IMG/VR virus record: IMGVR_UViG_3300042509_002208
Span: 15,111-79,110 of that record
Reading direction: 5' to 3' (one strand)
Length of the DNA: 64,000 nucleotides
Source of the DNA: a virus
How positions within the stretch are numbered: position 1 is the stretch's first letter; every line of letters starts with the position of its first letter. Made by a program: the position numbers and the translations under genes. Below the pieces are notes generated by a model. It saw only the letters and a list, made by a program, of their open reading frames with translations, made no database searches and had not been told where the DNA came from. This document shows positions 56,899 to 63,603 of the stretch, piece after piece.

Positions 56899-57000
56899 GC
56901 GCCCAGGAAGGATTCGAACCTTCATCGTCATATCCTCTGAAGACATTGTATCCAATGTCCAGGCTGGTGACCGTCTTGTCCAATTAGCTCGAACTGGGCG
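56899..57000 (-). ncRNA. tRNA-like RNA with the anticodon loop replaced by a 37-nt hairpin
   Basis: CGCCCAG/CTGGGCG acceptor stem, GAAGG-TTCGAAT-CCTTC T arm, GTCA/TGAC stem. Confidence 0.7.
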
Positions 57001-57077
57001 TGGCACTCCCTACAGGATTCGAACCTGTGACCGACCGCTTAGAAGGCGGTTGCTCTAATCCGCTGAGCTAAGGGAGC
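57001..57077 (-). tRNA. tRNA-Arg(UCU) with encoded CCA
   Basis: ACCGC-CT-TCT-AA-GCGGT; canonical cloverleaf. Confidence 0.96.
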
Positions 57078-57108
57078 ATGGCGTCGCCAGTAGCCGTTCT
57101 TGCCTCCC

Positions 57109-57149
57109 TGGCGGAAGACGCAGGTATCGAACCTGCAAAGGCCAGTCCC
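57109..57149 (-). ncRNA. Minihelix-like tRNA remnant (T arm + acceptor strand + CCA)
   Basis: GGGAC-8nt-GCAGG-TTCGATA-CCTGC-GTCTTCC-G-CCA. Confidence 0.55.
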
Positions 57150-57151
57150 GA

Positions 57152-57220
57152 TGGAACTGCCGGGAATTCCACCCGGAACGCTGCTTATATATTAGCAGGT
57201 ATTGGCTGTTTGCAGTTGCC
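57152..57220 (-). ncRNA. D-armless tRNA-like RNA
   Basis: GGcAACTG/CAGTTCC-A, CTGCT-8nt-AGCAG, CCGGG-TGGAATT-CCCGG. Confidence 0.5.
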
Positions 57221-57233
57221 AGTTAATATTACA

Positions 57234-57303
57234 GGGCATCTCTAGGAATTGAACCCAGTACTCTAGGCTCCATGGCCTAGCGTGTTCCGTACACCAAGAT
57301 GCA
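57234..57303 (-). tRNA. Atypical tRNA with 8-nt anticodon loop (CCAUGGAG), isotype undetermined
   Basis: GCATCT/AGATGC, GTGT/ACAC, CTAGG/CCTAG, CTGGG-TTCAATT-CCTAG. Confidence 0.7.
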
Positions 57304-57394
57304 GGGCCCCTCCTGTTTGTGCATCATCCCTAGAAACCATTTTGTTGGCGCCAACAATATGGTCTCTGTCTGGGAGCTAAGCATGGAGGGGTTC
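57304..57394 (-). ncRNA. Rod-shaped structured RNA
   Basis: Nested stems CCCCTCC/GGAGGGG, TCCC/GGGA, AGAGACCAT/ATGGTTTCT, TTGTTG/CAACAA. Confidence 0.6.
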
Positions 57395-57452
57395 GAGGAA
57401 GGTTAACCTGCATGTTTAATCGTGATTTAAAATCACGCGGCTGATTTCCCTC

Positions 57453-57534
57453 CCCATTTCCGGTTAGTACTGGGACACTGCCTACGCACCGGCAACCTTT
57501 AGCAGTGAACAGTCCGTCAAGCTTGCCAAATGGG
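57453..57534 (-). ncRNA. Structured RNA with possible pseudoknot
   Basis: CCCATTT/AAATGGG, CACTGC/GCAGTG, loop CCGGT complementary to ACCGG. Confidence 0.5.
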
Positions 57535-57555
57535 TCGAGGGCTCAACCGTGGACC

Positions 57556-57731
57556 AAACGGGCGGGGGTGATCAATCCCCCGGCCTGGAAACCCAGGACT
57601 TAGCACACAGACCAAGTGTTAGAGGACTTGGCTGTCCCCTACCGACAGAGCAGTAGGGGTAGTTAGATAGATGACTTAAGCGTGACCGGCCTACCGACAA
57701 TCGGGCTGGAAAACCAGGCGTATCCGAACAG
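57556..57731 (-). ncRNA. manA-like structured RNA
   Basis: Multi-hairpin RNA with CTGG-TTTT-CCAG, CCTGG-GTTT-CCAGG, CCAAGT..ACTTGG, GGGG-ATTGATCA-CCCC; resembles cyanophage manA RNAs as recalled, needs a covariance-model check. Confidence 0.55.
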
Positions 57732-57753
57732 AGGCTTAAGCTCTATCTCTTGC

Positions 57754-57762
57754 ATTATACCA
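57754..57762 (-). promoter_or_regulatory. Extended -10 promoter for the ncRNA array
   Basis: TGGTATAAT overlapping the phosphoesterase stop codon. Confidence 0.7.
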
Positions 57763-58279
57763 AGTCTTTGATACGATTGCGGACCTCCTCCCAGTCAATC
57801 GGCTTGTAGTTCGTATGTTCTACGCATACATTCTGGTATCTTTCGTCAATTACACCTTCTTCGTCTGCTACTCTTCTGTAATGTAAATGCCCATGAATAT
57901 TCGCTTTATATCTAGCCAGGTTAACGGGATGCACCGGGATGTGAGTTAAGATGCATTTGTCAAGGTAATGACAACCTCGGATGTCGTCAAAATATTCCAA
58001 GTAATCATTAAGCTTGAAAATATCATGATTCCCCTTGATCAGAATTTTGCGGCCATGTAAATTCTGCAAAATTTTCAGCCCGCGCCTTGGAATCGCTACA
58101 TCCCCCAGGTGGTAAACCTTATCTTCTGGACGGACAGTCTCGTTCCACGCTTGAGCCAATGCCTCATCCATCTCATCCGAGTCGTTCCACGGCCTGAGCT
58201 TAGTGCCGTCATCACGCAGGAACTGACAAACGCCCCTGTGGCCAAAGTGCGTATCGGATGTCAGGAAGGTGCGACTCAC
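57755..58279 (-). CDS. Calcineurin-like metallophosphoesterase
   Basis: TSDTHFGH, VYHLGD, KGNHD, LTHIP, NIHGHLH. Confidence 0.92.
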   Translation of the reverse strand: MSRTFLTSDTHFGHRGVCQFLRDDGTKLRPWNDSDEMDEALAQAWNETVRPEDKVYHLGDVAIPRRGLKILQNLHGRKILIKGNHDIFKLNDYLEYFDDIRGCHYLDKCILTHIPVHPVNLARYKANIHGHLHYRRVADEEGVIDERYQNVCVEHTNYKPIDWEEVRNRIKDLV

Positions 58280-58331
58280 AGCCCAGGCACAGGTCTACTG
58301 CCTTATAGTCTAGGTGGTTCCCCTCATTTTC

Positions 58332-58694
58332 ATGATCTCACTTCCTGTAGACGAAAGAACCCAAAGGGTTGAAGTTGTAGACGGAGAGTTGCTGGTCTGT
58401 CCCTCCTGCAAGGATTCGTATCTTCACCATGCCAACGTTCACATATGGCAAAGGAATGAAGATCAAAAAGAAGGTACGTTCATTGTTTCCACCAGAGACG
58501 AGACGATAACAAGCAACAATTATCCAATGGATGACTGTCCAAGCTCAAGACGCAGCGCTGTTGCGATTCAGTTTTGGTGTGAATCTTGTCATAACATTAA
58601 TCAACTCAATATATGTCAACACAAAGGTCAAACCTTTATGGAATGGCAGTGGATTTCGCAAATTAATTCTGAAGAGAATACCCCAGGGTCGTAA
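58332..58694 (+). CDS. Zinc-binding hypothetical protein
   Basis: CPSC..YLHH..PSSRR..FWCESC..QHKGQT. Confidence 0.75.
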   Translation: MISLPVDERTQRVEVVDGELLVCPSCKDSYLHHANVHIWQRNEDQKEGTFIVSTRDETITSNNYPMDDCPSSRRSAVAIQFWCESCHNINQLNICQHKGQTFMEWQWISQINSEENTPGS

Positions 58695-58868
58695 CTCCCT
58701 GGGGCCTTCCTTCCTGCTCAACAACGGGCCTTGGGCCTTGCGCTGAGGTTTACAGTCCACCCCGCCATATAGCAGGGTGGATTTGTTTTATGAAGAGCGA
58801 CTTCATAAAACATTACAAGACCCCCGGATGAGGGCCTTCGGTTCGCGAACCAAAACAATTCTAATAGG

Positions 58869-58897
58869 TTGACACTGCCTAATGGGCGGACTACCGT
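58869..58897 (+). promoter_or_regulatory. Sigma70-type promoter
   Basis: TTGACA-17-TACCGT. Confidence 0.55.
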
Positions 58898-58921
58898 ACC
58901 AAGGTTGTTCTAGGTAGCCCT

Positions 58922-59236
58922 ATGACCTCAGAGCTGACGCCGGTTGAGATCTTGTCTAATGACGAGATAATTGAGACTCATGTTCCTGACAGGCCTTTCA
59001 TTGGATTTTTCATCGTGTCAAACGATCTGCTGGAAGCTGTCATTATTTCCAATTCCGGAGAATCTCGTTCACCAGAACAGAAGGCTCATTCAATCTTGAA
59101 AGCAATCGCTGCCGTGCTTCGGCACCAAAGCATGGATCCAAAATATGACGCTTCACCACTGCGAGCCGCATCCTGGATGGTGGCCCAATATATTGAAGCA
59201 CAAGCATGCGCCAGGGAAAATGAATATCACAAATGA
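58922..59236 (+). CDS. Hypothetical protein
   Basis: 104-aa ORF after promoter. Confidence 0.65.
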   Translation: MTSELTPVEILSNDEIIETHVPDRPFIGFFIVSNDLLEAVIISNSGESRSPEQKAHSILKAIAAVLRHQSMDPKYDASPLRAASWMVAQYIEAQACARENEYHK

Positions 59237-59585
59237 CCACAAGAGGATAATAGAGTCGCCCGAATCATTTGCAGACGAACTCGCCGAAGCAATTGAATTA
59301 AAGCTGCTTGGTGCAGAAACTGTTGATGGTGTTGACTGGCACTCATATGCCTCTAAGCTCCTGTCCGACTACCACGAGGCATTGACTAGTACATACCTGA
59401 ACCAAAAGCCGCTATGGCGTGAGCTACATGAATCAAGCTCAAAGCTTGATCATTCTACTGGCGTTCATATCGTTTACGGACACCTCATTAGCGCCATTGG
59501 TGACCGAATCGAGGTTGAATTCGGTAATTCAGAAGTTACTGACTTTCTGAAGTCAGAAACCAAGAAGGCGTTAATATGTGAATAG
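59220..59585 (+). CDS. Hypothetical protein
   Basis: ATG inside track ORF 59145..59585. Confidence 0.65.
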   Translation: MNITNDHKRIIESPESFADELAEAIELKLLGAETVDGVDWHSYASKLLSDYHEALTSTYLNQKPLWRELHESSSKLDHSTGVHIVYGHLISAIGDRIEVEFGNSEVTDFLKSETKKALICE

Positions 59586-59684
59586 ATAAACAACTCTCAT
59601 GGGATTGGCCCTTACTGTCTATCTGGCAATCGCCTGGGTAGTCTTTATGCTGATTCTACTTTGGATTGCCAGCAAAATTCTTCC

Positions 59685-59900
59685 ATGAAAGACGACTCCC
59701 TGCAAACTACAGAAGACTGCTGCAATGTTTGGCCTGAGATTCGCGACTCTTTCGCGTGGTTTCAGCTACAAGATGCTAAAGGCGTCTACATGATGCCTTG
59801 CATCGAGGATATTGAATTAGACCCAAGATGGCGCGTTAACTTTTGCCCATCTTGTGGAAAAACTCGTCGAATGGTTGTCTGGAACACGAACAATGACTGA
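59685..59900 (+). CDS. Small Cys-rich protein
   Basis: CC..W...MPCI..RVNFCPSCGK. Confidence 0.65.
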   Translation: MKDDSLQTTEDCCNVWPEIRDSFAWFQLQDAKGVYMMPCIEDIELDPRWRVNFCPSCGKTRRMVVWNTNND

Positions 59901-60264
59901 TTTCAACGGCTCAATTGTCCCGACTCCTGAGGAAGTCGAGAATTGGTACGAAGAAGCTCCTATTTATGCTCGCGACGATGCAGACTACGAAGAGTTTATT
60001 GCCAGAAAAGCTGCAAAATGGGGAGCTGATCGGGAATTAGAAGCTTGCTGCAGGCTCCTAGAAGAAGTTTCCCATGGAGATTTTGATCAAATGTCCGATG
60101 TAGCCGGTTTCTTACAGGTAACTAGGCGTCCCACTATCCCTAGCTCCCTGAAGGAGCAAGCAATGAAGCTATTGGACAAGATCGAAGAAGGCAAACAGTG
60201 GTGGGATGTTTCGGAGCTGAAAGTAATCCGCCGTGCCTTAAGCGAGGTTCCCGGTGATGACTAA
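59893..60264 (+). CDS. Cyanophage hypothetical protein
   Basis: AAKWGADRELEACC..RRP..SLKEQA motif. Confidence 0.7.
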   Translation: MTDFNGSIVPTPEEVENWYEEAPIYARDDADYEEFIARKAAKWGADRELEACCRLLEEVSHGDFDQMSDVAGFLQVTRRPTIPSSLKEQAMKLLDKIEEGKQWWDVSELKVIRRALSEVPGDD

Positions 60265-60404
60265 TCATCGCAGAAGACATGGAAAGCTTTAATGATGACG
60301 ATTGATTCATGTCATGACTATTGTCGAAGCACTAGTGGCTATTACGGTAATCGTCTGCATTACCATTATTTGCATGGCTGAGATCTGATTTTCCACAATC
60401 GTCT

Positions 60405-60683
60405 GTGGAAATTAATTATTTCTTAATGTTTGATATGCCTTACAGAAGATTCGACGCCTTCAGGGATTACGTCACCATAACAATCCTGGCAATGGGATTG
60501 GTTTTTATCGTATCTATCTTTGTGATCGACATCACCAGCCCTTCTGTCCCCCAGAAGCGTTTTGAAGTCGTCGACAAATACGAGAGCTGTGACGTTGTCC
60601 GCTACACCACTCCATCTAATGAATGGGTTTATTTCTTGGATTGCTCACCGACTAAGCCAGCAGCCCGAAAAGCCTTAGAATAG
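60405..60683 (+). CDS. Single-TM cyanophage protein
   Basis: TM then FEVVDKYESCDVVRY..YFLDC; exact start uncertain. Confidence 0.7.
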   Translation: MEINYFLMFDMPYRRFDAFRDYVTITILAMGLVFIVSIFVIDITSPSVPQKRFEVVDKYESCDVVRYTTPSNEWVYFLDCSPTKPAARKALE

Positions 60684-60705
60684 CCGCGTTCCCCACTACC
60701 TCCTA

Positions 60706-61086
60706 ATGCGATCCCCCAGCAAGCGAAAAACCTATCGGTGCTTGCTCGGCAATGAGCTGATGAAGCACGTCCCGCAGCATCACCTGATAGCAGGTGACAT
60801 CGTTCCGGTGACCGCCGCTCGTCAGTTTGTCGCAAAGCATCAAATCAAAGCCCCCGCCTTGATTTTGGTAAAGCGCACTGAGCACACCACAGATCGCTTC
60901 TACTGGTCAGCTAAAGGTATGTACGGCGCACTATACGCCGAGCATAATTACTTCAACTTCTCCTGTCTGCGAAATCTGCATTCAGAACTCTGCAAAAAGG
61001 GCATTCTGGAAATGGACTTCAGTGCAGGACTACTATCGGCAGAGGCTGAAGTCGAAGATTACAGATACGAATTTGCCTTTATTTAA
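60706..61086 (+). CDS. Hypothetical protein resembling conserved cyanobacterial proteins
   Basis: PVTAAR.F..PALILV.R.EHTTDRFYW..KG..GA.Y.E.N.F. Confidence 0.7.
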   Translation: MRSPSKRKTYRCLLGNELMKHVPQHHLIAGDIVPVTAARQFVAKHQIKAPALILVKRTEHTTDRFYWSAKGMYGALYAEHNYFNFSCLRNLHSELCKKGILEMDFSAGLLSAEAEVEDYRYEFAFI

Positions 61087-61119
61087 AAAGGCGAAAAATC
61101 TGGAAAATTCTGGCGGTCC

Positions 61120-61245
61120 TCACAGGCCGCCACTATTGTTGAAACCAGCAATGTAACCAATAATCAACCCGCACATAAAAGCAATTAGCATATACAGCAA
61201 ATCCGAGACGAACTCGATAAACTCCAGTACTTCCAAGCTTGTCAT
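61120..61245 (-). CDS. 41-aa membrane peptide
   Basis: LYMLIAFMCGLIIGYIAG; divergent from the riboswitch. Confidence 0.55.
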   Translation of the reverse strand: MTSLEVLEFIEFVSDLLYMLIAFMCGLIIGYIAGFNNSGGL

Positions 61246-61266
61246 CAACCTAGGCAAAATAGGTTA

Positions 61267-61366
61267 CGTTCATCCTCATTATAGAGGACGGAAGTAAGCC
61301 GACGCGGAACGTATTCGTTCATTCGCTATTTGGAAATAGCGAACGGAAACGCCGACTGAAGGAACG
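61267..61366 (+). promoter_or_regulatory. Tandem glutamine riboswitch (glnA-type) aptamers
   Basis: Two CGTTCA-hairpin-CGGAA...GCCGAC..GGAACG units upstream of a YRG-motif peptide. Confidence 0.8.
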
Positions 61367-61393
61367 CCTTAACCCACGTTAAGGAAGACCATC

Positions 61394-61552
61394 ATGTCTA
61401 TCGCAGTGTATCGCGGTGTTGCTTATAACACCGACACCCCCAAACAGGAGTACATCCGCTGGTGGAACCTGATCCATCATGATGCCTCGCGGCACCTGAT
61501 GTATCGCGGTCAAGATTACAGGCCCTGTCAGACCAGCGAGACTCATTCTTGA
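61394..61552 (+). CDS. DUF4278-like peptide, 52 aa
   Basis: AVYRGVAY and LMYRGQDY motifs; downstream of glutamine aptamers; not in track. Confidence 0.8.
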   Translation: MSIAVYRGVAYNTDTPKQEYIRWWNLIHHDASRHLMYRGQDYRPCQTSETHS

Positions 61553-61594
61553 GCTTCGTATAATCTGCTACAATCCAATCGCTTGTAAAACACC

Positions 61595-61738
61595 ATGGCC
61601 GAACTGGTTCTGATCCAGCGACAACTGAAAAGACAGCAACAGCTCAAGAACCACGCACTGGTACGCTGGAACCACCAGCAGGAGCGTAACCATGCCGCTA
61701 TTAAAGCGCTGGGAGAGGCCCTCGAAGCCTCGAAATAG
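61595..61738 (+). CDS. Small helical protein, 47 aa
   Basis: MAELVLIQRQLKRQQQLKNHAL...; before terminator. Confidence 0.6.
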   Translation: MAELVLIQRQLKRQQQLKNHALVRWNHQQERNHAAIKALGEALEASK

Positions 61739-61806
61739 AAACACCAAGAGCCGTCAGGCATCAGCCCGCTTGAGGCAGCTCAAGAAAGCCACCAAAATGC
61801 AAACCA

Positions 61807-61835
61807 AGCGACTCCAAGAACGGGGTCGCTTTTTT
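61807..61835 (+). terminator. Intrinsic terminator
   Basis: AGCGACTCC-aagaac-GGGGTCGCT-TTTTT. Confidence 0.85.
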
Positions 61836-61864
61836 ATTGGCATCTTAAATGCAGCGCAAACATA

Positions 61865-62017
61865 ATGAATCCAGAAAAGCAACGCACCAAAATCAAAGAA
61901 GCATTGCAGACTGCTTATAATGCCACCACACGCGAGATCGCACAGAAGGCAGTCAAGAAATACGAAAAGGCCATGAGGAAGCTATCAGGCATTAGCAAAG
62001 AAGACAAACAAAAATAA
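61865..62017 (+). CDS. Small basic protein, 50 aa
   Basis: MNPEKQRTKIKEAL..TREIAQKAVKKYEKA. Confidence 0.55.
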   Translation: MNPEKQRTKIKEALQTAYNATTREIAQKAVKKYEKAMRKLSGISKEDKQK

Positions 62018-62053
62018 CCATATTGGGAAACTGTTAGGCGTGAACTGATAATC

Positions 62054-62377
62054 ATGCTTTCAACTGCAATGCGTCTCAAGATGGAGTTCATTTGTGAACG
62101 CATCGCAAAAGGAGCACCGGTTGAGTTCACGGATATGACCTGGATACAAAAATTAGCAGATCGCAATCCCTCGGTGGCTACGGCCTTGCGCAAAGCACGG
62201 CGGGCTGCTATAAATACCGATGTTCCAAGTGATGGCTTAGACGCTTTCATGGCTGATCTGGACATTGGTGATCCAGATCCATCCAACCATCTATCCGGTC
62301 CACAGGATCCAACCACATTGGCGGAATGGTTCAGCAATCGTCAATCATGGTTCCGTGGACAATCCAATCTAGAATGA
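62054..62377 (+). CDS. Conserved cyanophage hypothetical protein
   Basis: MLST..RL..E.IC.RI..G..V...W..KLA..LD.F...LD.GDPDPSNH. Confidence 0.8.
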   Translation: MLSTAMRLKMEFICERIAKGAPVEFTDMTWIQKLADRNPSVATALRKARRAAINTDVPSDGLDAFMADLDIGDPDPSNHLSGPQDPTTLAEWFSNRQSWFRGQSNLE

Positions 62378-62380
62378 AAC

Positions 62381-62557
62381 ATGATTGTCATCCCCGAAAG
62401 CAATTTGAATGATTGGAAGCAGTCTTATTTGCAATTAACAAAAGCAGAAAAGACGACACAATCGTACATAGATTATGTTGCTCATTGTGCAGCACAGTGG
62501 GCGTATCGACAAGGGATGATTGACTTACAGCGTCTAATCGACCAGGATTATCATTAA
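62381..62557 (+). CDS. Hypothetical protein, 58 aa
   Basis: ATG-TAA ORF, YVAHCAAQWAYRQG. Confidence 0.5.
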   Translation: MIVIPESNLNDWKQSYLQLTKAEKTTQSYIDYVAHCAAQWAYRQGMIDLQRLIDQDYH

Positions 62558-62672
62558 GTTATACAACAAACCGTAGATTAGCTTAAATCAAAAGAAAAGC
62601 AGTAGAAGTGCTGCATGTAGTTGCACTGAAGCAGATCTGTAGCTACTTTGGTGTGCCAGCGCTTTAACGGCC

Positions 62673-62882
62673 ATGCACGATCCAATCATGGAACTCAGAG
62701 AAGATATTTTGAACTTCATCGATGCAACGGTTGAAGGAACCGACAGCGAAATAGCACGAGTCGGTCATCGTTTCGCCCGATTGATCAAGGAGTATGCAGA
62801 AGAGTGTGCATTGGATGATGCACGAGATTTCTTCGAGCATTGTTTAGCAGCAACCAATGAAGTCCAAAATTCCAACCGGTAA
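62673..62882 (+). CDS. Hypothetical protein
   Basis: 69-aa acidic ORF. Confidence 0.6.
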   Translation: MHDPIMELREDILNFIDATVEGTDSEIARVGHRFARLIKEYAEECALDDARDFFEHCLAATNEVQNSNR

Positions 62883-63220
62883 AAAATTCCGGAAAATTCC
62901 CGGTTCATTGTAACGGTTGGATTGGTGTCAACAAAAAGAAAGTGGACAAAGAAAAATAGATTATATATTATTTATAAATAAACATTACTAGAAATATCCT
63001 TTCCAAAAACAATCATCATAATATACATAGCCGGTGTTTTATGGTAACGGAGTGTAACGTAGTTACTATAAAACCCGGAGTGGGTTTAGCGGAATGAACG
63101 TAGTGAATGAAGCGTATAAAACCCACGGAAGGATTTAAGACTCAGGTGACTAGCTTCTAGTACCTAGGGTATTTCACTAAAGGTTAGTTAAGATGCTAGA
63201 GATATATATTATTTATAAAT

Positions 63221-63448
63221 ATGGCTGGCAACCGCAACCATCCCTTGGACGCCATCGATCAACCCGGTCAGACATCCGTTGCTTTGGCGCAACGCACCAA
63301 GACCATCCTGGAAGCTGAGCTGCTGCGGTTGATTCAGCAATGGGAAGCAGAGACGGGCTGTGTGGTGCGAGATGTGAACCTGACGCATTCGTTGTCGATG
63401 GGTGAATCACGCAAGACGTATTCGGTCCTGGTGACTGCTGAGCTGTAA
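63221..63448 (+). CDS. Hypothetical protein
   Basis: LE.EL..LI..WE.ETG..V..V family; followed by terminator. Confidence 0.65.
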   Translation: MAGNRNHPLDAIDQPGQTSVALAQRTKTILEAELLRLIQQWEAETGCVVRDVNLTHSLSMGESRKTYSVLVTAEL

Positions 63449-63459
63449 CGCTGTCAGTG

Positions 63460-63498
63460 GCCTCTAGAAGCGCCTAGAAGACGCTTCTGGGGGCTTTT
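63460..63498 (+). terminator. Intrinsic terminator
   Basis: GCCTCTAGAAGCG...CGCTTCTGGGGGC-TTTT. Confidence 0.7.
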
Positions 63499-63575
63499 GG
63501 CTGTCTGTGTACCATCAGGGGTGTTAGAAGCCCTCTCTAGGGCCTTACAGAGCTAGGTTGCAATAAGCGTTATCC

Positions 63576-63603
63576 ATTCTCAATAACTCGACTTATTGAG
63601 AAT
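63576..63603. repeat. 11-bp inverted repeat, second copy of the motif at 5786-5828
   Basis: ATTCTCAATAA-ctcgac-TTATTGAGAAT. Confidence 0.9.

Noticed and set aside
57152-57220. tmRNA
   Set aside because: The 3' end is similar but there is no tag reading frame, no pseudoknots and no clear G3-U70; only 69 nt
57395-57452. Stop-codon reassignment suggested by a UUA anticodon-like loop
   Set aside because: No full tRNA body; genes end normally at TAA, TAG and TGA and are unbroken in the standard code
58660-58860. Hammerhead ribozyme (CTGAAGA / CGGATGAG...CGAA)
   Set aside because: Core is incomplete (no CUGANGA with matching GAAA and three stems); the hairpins fit terminators
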